Shown here piece by piece: positions 51,632 to 61,868 of a stretch of 64,000 bases of DNA. The number at the start of each line of letters is the position of its first letter. Positions within the stretch are counted from its first letter, which is position 1. The stretch comes from Opitutales bacterium (GTDB lineage: Bacteria > Verrucomicrobiota > Verrucomicrobiia > Opitutales > UBA2987). Position numbers and translations under genes: made by a program. The stretch spans positions 320,001-384,000 of the forward strand of contig CBDDEL010000012.1 of the NCBI GenBank assembly GCA_965226885.1, in the 5' to 3' direction. Below the pieces are notes generated by a model that saw only the letters and a program-made list of their open reading frames with translations, had not been told where the DNA came from and did not search any database.

Positions 51632-52174
51632 GTGCCCCTTACAGATGCAAATCTCATTGACCGGGTTCTGCATGATGACGACCGCAATGCTTTCAACGAG
51701 TTGGTCCGCCGTCACCAATCGGCCGTTCGCGGATTGCACCGCAGGCTTACCAACGGCAACGAGACCCTGTCTGACGATTTGGCTCAAATCACTTTTATTC
51801 GCGCCTACCGCTCTTTGGGCAAATTCCGGCGCAAGTCCAAATTCGGCACCTGGCTCTACAGGATCGCCTACAATGTTTTTCTCAGCGAAGTGCGACGCTC
51901 CCGGCCCCATTTGCAAATGGAACTGGATGAAGCCATCCACGAGGACGCGGAGCCATCGCATTCCGACAAAGTCAGCCTTAAACAAGATTTGGAGGACGCC
52001 ATGAAGCGATTGACAGAACCGGAGCGGACGGCACTATTTTTATGCTACAATGAAGGCCTTTCCCACGAAGAGGCGTCCGCGGCTTTGCATCTGCCGCTGG
52101 GCACAATAAAAACCCACATCCTGCGCGGAAAAGCGAAATTGCGTCAATACCTCAAAGACTGGGCTCCTTCCTGA
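51632..52174 (+). CDS. ECF RNA polymerase sigma factor
   Basis: AFNELVRRHQ, DDLAQITF, FGTWLYRIAYN and LPLGTIKTHILRG. Confidence 0.93.
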   Translation: MPLTDANLIDRVLHDDDRNAFNELVRRHQSAVRGLHRRLTNGNETLSDDLAQITFIRAYRSLGKFRRKSKFGTWLYRIAYNVFLSEVRRSRPHLQMELDEAIHEDAEPSHSDKVSLKQDLEDAMKRLTEPERTALFLCYNEGLSHEEASAALHLPLGTIKTHILRGKAKLRQYLKDWAPS

Positions 52175-52204
52175 AAACCGAATCCGTTAAAAGTTTGAAA
52201 TGAA

Positions 52205-52558
52205 ATGAATCCCGAAGAAAAAAAAGATTGGATGGAGAGCTGCTTGCTCGATAACGCCAGTTACATTGCCGATGACGGGTTCTCGGCCAGGGTAATGCAG
52301 ACCTTGCCGCCATTGCAGCCGGCCAGGGTTAGGGATTGGAGGCGTTTTGCCGTATTTTCGGGAATGACCGCTCTGGCCTTCGTGGCGACCGTATTTCAGA
52401 TGCCCGATCCTCAGATTGTCCTGGCCCAAATAACAATGGCTTTCAACCTGCAATCCCTCGGTTCCCAGCTGCTCCCTTTCCTTATTTTTGGTGGCGCCGC
52501 CCTCGGAGCAACAGCCATCCTCGGGTCCGGCCTGGCAGCTTTTTTGCAGTCCGATTGA
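52205..52558 (+). CDS. Putative membrane anti-sigma factor (DUF5056-like)
   Basis: IADDGFSARVMQTLP followed by two TM helices; directly after the ECF sigma gene. Confidence 0.7.
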   Translation: MNPEEKKDWMESCLLDNASYIADDGFSARVMQTLPPLQPARVRDWRRFAVFSGMTALAFVATVFQMPDPQIVLAQITMAFNLQSLGSQLLPFLIFGGAALGATAILGSGLAAFLQSD

Positions 52559-52610
52559 TAATTTTCCAGCAGGGCGCCCCTGATTGGCGGCGAGGAGGGG
52601 AAATCCTCAA

Positions 52611-53139
52611 TCAATCTCCCATACGGCGGGTCGCATCTCTCAAGGTCAGGCTCGTATCGTTTTTCGGGTTCTCGGGGTCGAACTCCGATAGGTTGGCGGT
52701 GCTGGCCCCCAGCCTGGAACCCGTGACACTGCCGCCCATAGTTTGACGCTCCCAGGTCCAGTCCAACATGGCCATAAGCCTCTCCGGCTCCCGACCTCAC
52801 AATTTCACCTCCCAGGGCAACCTTCTCCTTCAACTGGCTAATAATCTGATCCGTAAGGTCGGTCCCGTTCTTATCGGTTAAGGCATAGATTTCGACCATT
52901 TTTGTCTCCAGGTCGGCAGTAAACCAAAACTTCTTTCCCCGGTGATTGGTGGCGATGCCAGTAACCTGATTTTCGTGCCACACCAAATTGTCGCTTAATG
53001 AAATTGGGTTATTGTCAGTTTCCTTGGAAAAACCGTGTTGCCATAGGACAACAGCGGGGTTGGTGGAGGCGCAACCCATAAAAAACAAGATTGGCGCGGC
53101 TAAAATAAGGAGCGTGAGTGGGGTAGTTATTTTATTCAT
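52611..53139 (-). pseudogene. Uncharacterised lipoprotein, paralog of 53247-53780, frameshifted near 52797
   Basis: FMGC lipobox and LWQHGFSKETDNNPI match the neighbour. After GGEIV the homologous tail (MAMLDWTWERQ...SLTLRD*, stop 52611-52613) is in another frame. Confidence 0.8.
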
Positions 53140-53246
53140 ATATTGGAGACGTGTGAATAGCAAAGATTCAGAAGATATTCCGGTTATTCTGGATACAACA
53201 TCCAGTTAACTACATAAAAATCCAGGTGTAAATAAATGAATTCTCG

Positions 53247-53780
53247 CTATAATCCCTTCTTTCGACGAAGAGTTAAGCCCGAGATTTTTCTCAAATCGTC
53301 AACGCTGTTGACGATTTCCAGGTTATCGGCTCCGAATCCCAAGTAGGAACTTGTTGAAGAAATTACCATACCGCTGCGCACCCAGGTCCAATCCAATTGC
53401 TCCATGGCCTGATTGGCTGCGTCCCCTTCGACGGCAAATAATAGTTCTTCGCCGCCCTCATTAAAGACTTCATCCATTAGCTTCTGAATATCTTCAGAGC
53501 GATCAATGCCTTCCATATCCTTTATGGAAAAAATATTTACTTTCTTAGTGTTGGTATTGGCGACAAACCAGAATTTACTACCTTTACGGTTGGTGGCCAG
53601 CCCAATGATGTGACCATCATTAGAGACGATCCGGTCGCCCAGGTAGATGGGATTATTATCGACCTCTTTGGAAAAACCGTGCTTCCAGAGTTCGACCGAG
53701 GGACTAGTGGCGCAGCCGACAAAAAACAGAAAAGTTGAGATTAAACTGAGGGAAAGCAGAACTCCTTTTGCGATTTTCAT
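53247..53780 (-). CDS. Uncharacterised lipoprotein
   Basis: FVGC lipobox, LWKHGFSKEVDNNPI, KFWF and LDWTW; start at MKIAKG. Confidence 0.8.
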   Translation of the reverse strand: MKIAKGVLLSLSLISTFLFFVGCATSPSVELWKHGFSKEVDNNPIYLGDRIVSNDGHIIGLATNRKGSKFWFVANTNTKKVNIFSIKDMEGIDRSEDIQKLMDEVFNEGGEELLFAVEGDAANQAMEQLDWTWVRSGMVISSTSSYLGFGADNLEIVNSVDDLRKISGLTLRRKKGL

Positions 53781-54058
53781 GATTAATGGCGTTTTTTTCA
53801 GGTTATTAGAAAACAGAGTGAATTGGGAACCCGGTCCCTTCAATAGGCTCAAGGCTCAAGACAAAATATCGATTTTGTGCATCATCGGCAAGAATCTGGT
53901 TTTTAGTATGCGTAATTTGTCCAGTTGGGTAAACAAACTATAACCACTTTTACATCAGTGTAAAGAAGTATCATTTAATTTTCTAATAAGTGAGAACAAT
54001 TTTTCTAAAGGCCTAATGGCCTAATTCTCCATCCGGGGAATTTAGCAAAAAAGTGATA

Positions 54059-54733
54059 TTACCGAACGCGGATAACCGGCACGGATGCTTTGGCGTCTTT
54101 GATCCTGAGCCAGTAGCTTTCCCCTCTTTTCCTGATGATGATTTCGGTGTCGGTAAATTTTCTGGCATAGGTGCCGCCCGTTTTGCCCTGTTTCCAGACC
54201 TGTCCGTTTTCGAGATGAAAAACGGTGTTGCCCCTCCAGCCGTAAAAATCTCCCAGGATTCGCGATTCGATGGCCTCGACCACTTCCTCGGCGGCGATTT
54301 CCTTCAGTTTGTCCTCGCGATTGAAAAACCCGAAGAAACGCTCTTTGGTCTTGCGCCTTTCGACGCGCATCTTTTCCTCCTTTTGGACCATTTCGACGCG
54401 TATTTCTTCTTCCTTTTTAACCATTTCGACGCGCATCTTTTCCTCTTTTTGGACCATTTCGACGCGTATTTCTTCTTCCTTTTTGACCATTTCGACGCGC
54501 ATCTTTTCCTCTTCTTGGCCGAGGTAGCCACGCATCCAGGAGTTTAGCTGCTCCATTTGTTCCGGCTCCAGTTGATCGAGGCCGGATTGTTTCATTTCCT
54601 TCCGGCTCATTTCCTTGCCAAAATCAAACAGCTCCTTGCTTTTGCCTGGATCGGCAGCCGAAGCCATCAACGGACACATTGAAACCATACAAATAGCGAT
54701 AGCAGTGAAAATGAATCTATAAAAAAGGTTCAT
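54059..54733 (-). CDS. Exported hypothetical protein with an internal 11-aa tandem repeat
   Basis: Signal peptide, GLDQLEPEQ, repeats of EE(K/E)(M/I)RVEMV(K/Q)K, and a C-terminal IESRILGDFYGWRGNTVFHLENGQVWKQ domain. Confidence 0.8.
   Translation of the reverse strand: MNLFYRFIFTAIAICMVSMCPLMASAADPGKSKELFDFGKEMSRKEMKQSGLDQLEPEQMEQLNSWMRGYLGQEEEKMRVEMVKKEEEIRVEMVQKEEKMRVEMVKKEEEIRVEMVQKEEKMRVERRKTKERFFGFFNREDKLKEIAAEEVVEAIESRILGDFYGWRGNTVFHLENGQVWKQGKTGGTYARKFTDTEIIIRKRGESYWLRIKDAKASVPVIRVR
54358..54515. repeat. 33-bp tandem repeat, about 4.8 copies, alternating A/B units (66-bp higher-order period)
   Basis: TTTCGACGCG recurs at 54358, 54391, 54424, 54457 and 54490. Confidence 0.93.
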
Positions 54734-54834
54734 AGTTAATTAATCCTCTCTCTATTAAGCATTAGGTTGGGATAAAGATTATCTTCAATTTTACCCAGTT
54801 CAAGGCTGAATCCTGTAGTATTTATGGGAAGACA

Positions 54835-54872
54835 AACCAAAGAGCCAGGGCTGATGCCCTGGCTCTTTGGTT
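54835..54872 (-). terminator. Probable intrinsic terminator of the TonB-dependent receptor gene
   Basis: Perfect 17-bp stem AACCAAAGAGCCAGGGC-tgat-GCCCTGGCTCTTTGGTT, 30 nt past the stop codon. Confidence 0.8.
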
Positions 54873-54901
54873 AATTGTGAAAAGATGTTTGAAGATTTTA
54901 T

Positions 54902-57900
54902 TTAGAGCTTCTTCTTGATGCTTATCCAGAGAAACTGCACTTCCGCCGTATAGAGGAAGCCAGGATAGCCCTGGGTGTTTCCGAAATTGGCAAAGGCGCT
55001 CGGGGGTTTCTGGGCGAAGACATTGTCCACACCAACCGTGACGGTTGTGCCGCCCCACCATTTTTCTGAATCTTTGAAGAAGGTGTAGGAAGACTGAACG
55101 TCCCAAATCCAGCGGGCATGAACTCTGTCGATATTCCCCCAGTTTGGAGGAGATGCTTCATCATAATCGACGAATCCATCAGTAAAGTAACCGCTCATTG
55201 TGGTGCTGAGGTTACGCCAGTTCCAGGTCAGGGACTGGTTGAATTTCCACTCCAAATAGGCGTCGCTGGCCGATCCGGATTGGGAGACAACCTGGGTTTG
55301 GCTGCCGAAAGGTCCAATTATGGTCTCACCGGCAGTTTGGTCATTGTCCACCAGGATAAAGTCGGCATCAGTGGAATGGCCCACCCTATCGAATCTCGGT
55401 AAATCCCCAGTATCTGCAAGCTGGTATTTCAACAACTTGGTGGCGTTGACGGTAAAGGAGAAAGTTCCCCAGTTCTCGGTTTCCAGCAGGTAGCTGGCGG
55501 CGAAATCGAGGCCTTTCACATCGGTGCGTCCCTGATTCAAGAAGACCGTGCCGAGAAGAATAATCTCGTCGGTACTGGAGAGATCGACAAACTCACCCGG
55601 AAAGAGTGTTTCACCGGCAAAGAAACGGTCAACCGTATCCTGCGCATTAAAACTGACGGTGCCTTCACGTTTGACGTTCCAGAGGTCCACGCTGACAGTA
55701 GCGCCCTTGATGAACTTGGGCGAATAAACAACGCCCAAATTCCAGGATGCGGTATCCTCGGGAGAGAGGCCGGTGTTACCGAGAAAAACGGTGTCCTGCT
55801 CCTGCTCGAACCTGCCCGTTCTCGGGTTGCTGATAGGCGTGAGCGAGAAGGTGGAGGTGGAGTACAGTTCATAGAGGGACGGTTGGCGAAACCCCTCGCC
55901 CCAGCTTGCCCTCAAGACCAACTGCTCAACAGGAGCCAAGCGAACCGAAAATTTCGGAACATTTCGGAACGAAAGTACTAATGTCGGTTTGAAGGAACTT
56001 TTCATAACGTCCGGACGCGTTGACTTCCAGGGAATGAACAAAGCTATCCGATTCCGGGCTGATGACCGGTATGTTAAATTCGAAGAAAAGCGAACCGACT
56101 CTCCTGCGGCCCCGGGTGACGGCAGCCGTAGACGAGCCGATGACATCACCTGTGGTGCCTGACGAATCAGGACTCTGGAAGAGTTCCTCCTGTCGCCAGT
56201 CCCAACCAGCGGCAAATCCCACACCGCCGGCAGGGAGATTGAATAGCTCAGACGTGGTCATATTTCCCCAGGCCTGGAGCAATTCCGATTCGTTGCGATT
56301 TTTCTGCTCAACGATACCCGTTGGGGCCAGGAGCACATTGTTGGGCAATGGGTTTTCCCAATAAACGAATGGATTGAAGGCCGTTGTGGTCCCAAGGTAA
56401 TCGCTGCTGGTGGGATCGAAAAACGAGTCATTCGAATTGACCAGGCGGTTGAATGTGCTGATGGAGACCAATTTGTTAAAAGCGGTTTCGTTGATTTTAC
56501 CGAAGCCAAAACCAACATCCGCGTTCCACTTGTTCCACAGGTTGGTGGCTCTCATGCCCCAATTAACGTTGAAGGCCTCCGTCTTGGTTATATAGATGCG
56601 GTTACCGAAATCAAAGAGGCGGATGCGGGTACGTCCTTCCAGATCCATGTTGAAAGGATTGAACTCGTTGAAGGCGCCATCAGCTACTTCTGGAATTCGT
56701 CCTTCCCGGTCCGCCCGGATGAATGGGTTGGGCGTATTGGCCGGGATGACCAGGGATACACCGCCCGGATTGGAGAAACTGCCGGTGGCCGAAGGGGCCA
56801 ACTGGTTGTCAGACTCAGCATTTTGGTAGCTGAACATGCCATAGGTTTCCACATTATCCGTGCCGAAGAGCTTGTGACGGAAATTCATGAATGCGCCAAT
56901 ACGCTTGAGTTCAGGTAAGGAGCCGGACTCGGCGTTGAAGTTGTACTTCGAGTACGGGCCGCCAAATCCGCCCATGTAAGTATATAAATTTGCCGGCACA
57001 TCGCCTTGGTTATTGGCATTTTGACTTGTCGGGAGGGGAACCCCAAAGGCGTCCGTAGGACCAGAGGTGACGAGAATTATATCGTCTTGCCCGATTGCCT
57101 CGCCTTCCAGACCGGGGATATCAGCGCCTGCAGCAAGACCCAGGGCATCCCTCGCCGTCTGTCCCGATATCTCGATATTGAGAGGGCTCGAATTGGAGCT
57201 GAGGAATGGGGGAAGCGAGAAGTCGTTGTCGCCGTTGAACATGGGGTTGCGCGTGTAGTAGTTCATCCCCACGGTAATGCTGCCCTTTTCGCTCTTTACG
57301 CCGTAAACGGCACTGAGCAGAAATTCGGAAGAATCGTTGCCGCTGGACTCATTGCCGTAGCGAACAGTCAATTCACCGCCTTCATAGTTGTCGCGCATGA
57401 TGATATTGATCACGCCGGCAACAGCGTCCGCGCCGTAAGTAGCGGAAGCGCCATCCTTGAGCACCTCGATGCGCTGGATAGCGGAAGCGGGTATAGAGCT
57501 CAGGTCAACAAAAGCGGTGGTTCCGCCAGTGCCGGTCGGGAAAACAGGCAAGCGGCGTCCGTTGATGAGAACCAAGGTGGTGTCCGGGCCAAGGCCGCGC
57601 AAGGATGCGGAGGTGGCGCCGGAGGTAAACCCGGTGGCATTGTTGGATACAGGAACGGTATTCCCATTGTTGACGGTGAGTTTCTGGAGCAGTTCCTCAG
57701 CCGTGACAAAACCGGTCTGGTCGATCTGGAAGCGTTCCAGCACCTGAACGGGTGTGGCGCGGGTTTCGTAGGCTGTTTCAGTAGTGGGAATCATGGAGCC
57801 GGTGATAATCATCTCCTCGAGTTCCTCCTCTTCATCCTGAGCCGTCAGGTTGATCGCGAATAGAAGCGCGGGAACAACCAGAAGCCATCCAAAACGAAGG

Positions 57901-57941
57901 AGTAGTGGGTTGGTATTGTTTTCTTGTAGTTTGTTTTTCAT
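54902..57941 (-). pseudogene. TonB-dependent receptor (about 1009 aa), frameshifted by a 10-bp duplication at 55951-55970
   Basis: Plug motifs LRGLG..TLVLINGRR and IEVLKDGASATYGADAVAGVINII; barrel motifs LRASWGEGFRQPSL and GVDNVF. Deleting one ATTTCGGAAC copy joins the two ORFs as STFVPKFSVRLAP. Confidence 0.9.
55951..55970. repeat. Exact 10-bp tandem duplication ATTTCGGAAC x2 (frameshifting)
   Basis: Read directly from the sequence. Confidence 0.95.
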
Positions 57942-57972
57942 GCTATCAGTTTTTTTCTGTTAACGTTAACTA

Positions 57973-59807
57973 GAGGCTGTCCCAAAAATATAAAGATTTT
58001 ATAGTCAACTGGATGACGTTGATAAAAAGAGCCGGAAAGAGCAAGTTTCTGCTCGATCCGGCCAAAAAAGGGTTCTATAATTGAGTTAGCGAAAATCAAT
58101 ATAGCCCTTTCTATGAAAATAGCCCTTTCTATGAAAAATATAGCCATCCAATGCCTCCTGCGTCCAGCTTTAACTGTGGTCGACCGGTGCCTCGATTACG
58201 ATAACTTCCGCGCCACCATTGATCGAATCGATCGGCTGCTGATCGACTCGGAGGTGGAATCGCAGGCCATTGAGCTGGCCTTGGAGGGGTGGCCGCCAAT
58301 GGGTCTAAAGGCCCGGCGGCAGCGGGCCAGTTTTGCCATCAAGGCACTGCGCATGGATACGCTGGGCCGTCTGCTCGGAGGGATTTCGTTTCGGCATTTG
58401 TCGCGGGCTCTGGGCAGCAGCGATCTGTTGGCCGACTTTTGCCGTGTCCGGCAGATCGATGGCATCAGGGGCATCTCCAAAAGCACCCTGGAGCGGGCCT
58501 CGAAGTTTTTCAGCGAAGAGCAGTTGAGGGCCTTGCACCGGACCTTGACTGAGGTGGTGGCCGATGCCCTTCTGGCCCGGCAGGTGGGATTGGACAAGCC
58601 GATTGACACCACCATTTGCCTGATCGACGGCACCTGTTTGGAGGCTAACATTCATTGGCCGACGGACTGGGTATTACTCAAGGATGTAGCCGGCACGTTG
58701 CTCAAAGCGATCCGGCTGATCCGCGAGAAGGCCGGTTTGCGCCATCGCATGCCGATCGAACCGGAGCCCTTGGCTCGGCAGATGAATCGGCTGTGCATAC
58801 AGATGACCCACAGCCGGCGGCGAAAGGACAGCGCGCGGCAGCGCAAGGGTATCTTGAGGCAGATGAAAAAGCTGCTCAAACGGATCGGGGAGCATGCCCG
58901 CAGTCACCGGGAATTATTGCAAGCCTGCTGGGAGCAAAGCGATTACAGCGAAAAACAGGTCCAACAGATCCTCGCCCGGATGGAGCGCATGAGCGAGCAA
59001 ATCCCGGTGGTCATCAAACAGGCGCACGAGCGGATCATTGGCGGCCGCCAGGTGAAAAACGCAGAGAAAGTCTTGAGTGTTTACGAACTCGATGGGCAGG
59101 TGATTGTGCGAGGTAAAGCGGGCCAAGAGGTCGAGTTCGGCAACACCCTGTTTTTGGGAGAAAGCGTTGAAGGGTACCTGCTGGACTGGAAACTCTACGG
59201 CAGCCGAACTCCAAGCGAAAATGAACAAATGCAAGAGAGTTTGCAAAGACAGAACCGCTTCAACCTGGAAGAACCCATAGCGGCCATGTGCGCGGACCGG
59301 GGATTTGCCTCCCAGCGGGCCCGCCGGCAGTTAGCCCAGGAGGGAATCTACGACGCGCTCTGTCCACGCGATCCGAAGCAGTTGAAAAAACGGATGGAGG
59401 AACCACTGTTCAGACAATTGCAAAAGCGCCGGGCCAGCACCGAAGGGCGGATCGGGGTATTGAAGAATCGCTGGCAGGCCGGGCGGTTGCGCAGCAAAGG
59501 CTTTGCCAACCGCTCGATCAGCGTAGCCTGGTCGGTACTCTCGCACAACCTATGGAAAGTAGCCAAGATGCTGGCCCAGCAAGACGAACTAAAAACCAAA
59601 GCGGCGGCCTAGAGAGCGGAAAAGCAAGGACAATACTTTTTCACAGCCGTACTGTCGGCTCATACAAAGAAAACCAGGCAACCGGACCCCAAAACCAGTA
59701 TCCTAACGTCATAGGAGAGCAAAGTTGATACTCTCCCAAATGCAAATACCTCTAAAATGAGCGCCTATCAAAAGCCCTCGCAAAAATCACCCTTTTGGGA
59801 CAGCCTC
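57973..59807 (+). mobile_element. Complete insertion sequence (1835 bp), DDE type, IS5-like/ISNCY-like
   Basis: Perfect 15-bp TIRs GAGGCTGTCCCAAAA (57973-57987) and TTTTGGGACAGCCTC (59793-59807), flanked by the 6-bp direct repeat TAACTA (57967-57972 and 59808-59813). Confidence 0.93.
58113..59612 (+). CDS. DDE transposase
   Basis: LIDGTCLEANIHWPTD, KVLSVYE, RGKAGQEVEFG, ADRGF and RASTEGRIGVLK; alternative start at 58131. Confidence 0.9.
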   Translation: MKIALSMKNIAIQCLLRPALTVVDRCLDYDNFRATIDRIDRLLIDSEVESQAIELALEGWPPMGLKARRQRASFAIKALRMDTLGRLLGGISFRHLSRALGSSDLLADFCRVRQIDGIRGISKSTLERASKFFSEEQLRALHRTLTEVVADALLARQVGLDKPIDTTICLIDGTCLEANIHWPTDWVLLKDVAGTLLKAIRLIREKAGLRHRMPIEPEPLARQMNRLCIQMTHSRRRKDSARQRKGILRQMKKLLKRIGEHARSHRELLQACWEQSDYSEKQVQQILARMERMSEQIPVVIKQAHERIIGGRQVKNAEKVLSVYELDGQVIVRGKAGQEVEFGNTLFLGESVEGYLLDWKLYGSRTPSENEQMQESLQRQNRFNLEEPIAAMCADRGFASQRARRQLAQEGIYDALCPRDPKQLKKRMEEPLFRQLQKRRASTEGRIGVLKNRWQAGRLRSKGFANRSISVAWSVLSHNLWKVAKMLAQQDELKTKAAA

Positions 59808-60433
59808 TAACTATGGAGTTTTTGGTGGGACCGTTTGCAAAAGCTCGGTCGCCACATAGAATCGATAAGATCAGCCAGTGAAACTTAGGCAAAGGAAGAC
59901 CGCGGATACTTGGGCGATTCCGAAAAACCGCACCGCAGCTTCTTCTGTTTAGCTGGCGATCCGTTTAGGAGATTTAGTTTTTAATCCCTTTCCGGGATTG
60001 TTTGGCGCTAGTCATAGAGTAGTTGAAATGGTTATTTCGTTTATCCTTATCCAAAAAAACCGTCTCAGGGGCATCCGATTTTTATGAACAGCTAATAGGA
60101 CAAAGGACAAAGGATTTCAGAAAAAATGTCTATACTTAATGTAAATATTTTATAAAAAATTTGAACGCGTGTTAATTTACTTGAATTGACACAAACCCCG
60201 GAACCTTTTTGCGGCAAATTTAACTAAAAAGCTAACTAATGTCGGCCCAAAATAACCATCGGCGGGATTCCGCCCCGGCGCCCAATGCGGACTTGCCAGA
60301 AGCAGGGCAACCGGTAGAAGTGCATTTTGTTTTGCCTCGGTTCCGGCAGTTGCAGTATTAAAATTGAAGATGTTGTGTTGAATAGCGGAATTTCCAGTTT
60401 TTCCCTTTCCAAGGCCCCGCCCCGCCGCGTGTA

Positions 60434-61771
60434 TTGATCGCCGACGACCAGCCCGATGTGTTAAAAGCCATGGCCCTCCTGCTTAAAGGAGAGGGCTATA
60501 AAACCAGGATGACGACCTCGCCGCAGGAAGTCCTCAGCGCTCTGTGCAAAAGCGATTTCGATGTGGCCTTGATCGACCTCAACTACACACGGGACACCAC
60601 CTCGGGGCGCGAAGGGCTCGACCTGCTGCAAAAAATCCGCGCCCTGGACGCCGATCTGCCCATTGTGGTGATGACGGCTTGGGCCACAATCGACGTGGCG
60701 GTCGAGTGCATGAGGCAAGGGGCTTGCGATTTTGTGCAAAAACCGTGGGACAACGCCCGAGTTCTTTCCATCGTCCGCACTCACACCCAGTTTTACCGCA
60801 CGGTTAAGAGGAAAAACCTTTTGGAGGAAGAAAATCGTCTGCTCAGAGGACAGGACGGGGTCACCTTGTTGGCCCAATCGAAGGCCATGGAACCAGTGCT
60901 GGAAATTATTGAAAGCGTGGGGCCTTCCGATGCCAATATACTTATTACCGGTGAAAACGGGACCGGCAAAGGCGTCGTGGCGCGGGTTCTGCATGAAAAA
61001 TCAGACCGGCGGGACAAACCCCTGGTCAGCGTCAACATGGGCAGCTTGCCGGAGGGGGTTTTCGAGAGCGAGCTGTTCGGCCACGTCAAAGGTGCCTTTA
61101 CCGATGCCAAGGCGGACCGGGCCGGTCGTTTCGAAATGGCTGCCGGGGGCACTTTGTTCTTGGATGAAATCGCCAACATCCCACTGGCCCAGCAAAACAA
61201 GCTGCTGCGGTTGCTGGAAACAGGCGAATTCGAGCGGGTGGGCTCCTCTAAAACGCAAAATGTCGATGTGCGGTTGATCAGCGCCACCAATGCCGATCCT
61301 CAAAAGGAAGTGGCCGAGGGGCGTTTCCGGCAGGATCTCCTTTACCGGCTCAACACCATCCACCTGCACCTGCCTTTATTAAGCGAGAGAATCGAGGACA
61401 TCCCGCTATTAGCCGATCATTTCCTGCAAAAGCATCTGCAAAAATACCGCAAGGAAATCACTGGTTTTGCCTCCACTGCTCTGGAGACCCTGCGCTCGTA
61501 TGCCTGGCCGGGAAATGTGCGGGAACTGGATCATTGCATCGAACGCGCTGTCCTCCTGGCCAAGGGAACGCAAATTCAGCCGTTGGACCTGGGCCTCAGC
61601 GCGACCGAGGCGGGGCCTTCCTCCCTCGACGATATGACTATTGACGAAGTCGAGAAATACCTCATAAAACGCACCCTTCTGCGGCATCAGGGCAACGCCA
61701 CCCAGGCAGCCAAGGCCCTGGGTCTGAGCCGCAGCGCATTTTACCGCCGCCTGCAGCGATTCGATCTGTAA
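60434..61771 (+). CDS. NtrC-family response regulator (REC-AAA+-Fis HTH); N-terminus possibly frameshifted
   Basis: IADDQ, ITGENGTGK, ESELFGHVKGAFTDA, LFLDEI, WPGNVREL and AAKALGLSRSAFYRR. Confidence 0.92.
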   Translation: MIADDQPDVLKAMALLLKGEGYKTRMTTSPQEVLSALCKSDFDVALIDLNYTRDTTSGREGLDLLQKIRALDADLPIVVMTAWATIDVAVECMRQGACDFVQKPWDNARVLSIVRTHTQFYRTVKRKNLLEEENRLLRGQDGVTLLAQSKAMEPVLEIIESVGPSDANILITGENGTGKGVVARVLHEKSDRRDKPLVSVNMGSLPEGVFESELFGHVKGAFTDAKADRAGRFEMAAGGTLFLDEIANIPLAQQNKLLRLLETGEFERVGSSKTQNVDVRLISATNADPQKEVAEGRFRQDLLYRLNTIHLHLPLLSERIEDIPLLADHFLQKHLQKYRKEITGFASTALETLRSYAWPGNVRELDHCIERAVLLAKGTQIQPLDLGLSATEAGPSSLDDMTIDEVEKYLIKRTLLRHQGNATQAAKALGLSRSAFYRRLQRFDL

Positions 61772-61868
61772 TCCTTTCCCGGCAAGTAATTTACTCTCCC
61801 GAAGTTTAATCTATTCAAGGTGAGTCCCAAATTTATCATTTATCAGAAGAAAAAAGCAGGGGAAGCAC

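Noticed and set aside
52411..52610. C-terminal part of the 250-aa ORF overlapping the anti-sigma gene
   Set aside because: Read-through in the wrong frame after the frameshift; the homologous stop is at 52611-52613.
54358..54515. Possible CRISPR array
   Set aside because: Units are contiguous and near-identical with no unique spacers, lie in frame inside a CDS, and no cas genes are present.
59940..60010. c-di-GMP-I riboswitch (GCCAAAC...GAAA hairpin on the minus strand)
   Set aside because: Lacks the following GACGCAAA and P3 elements.
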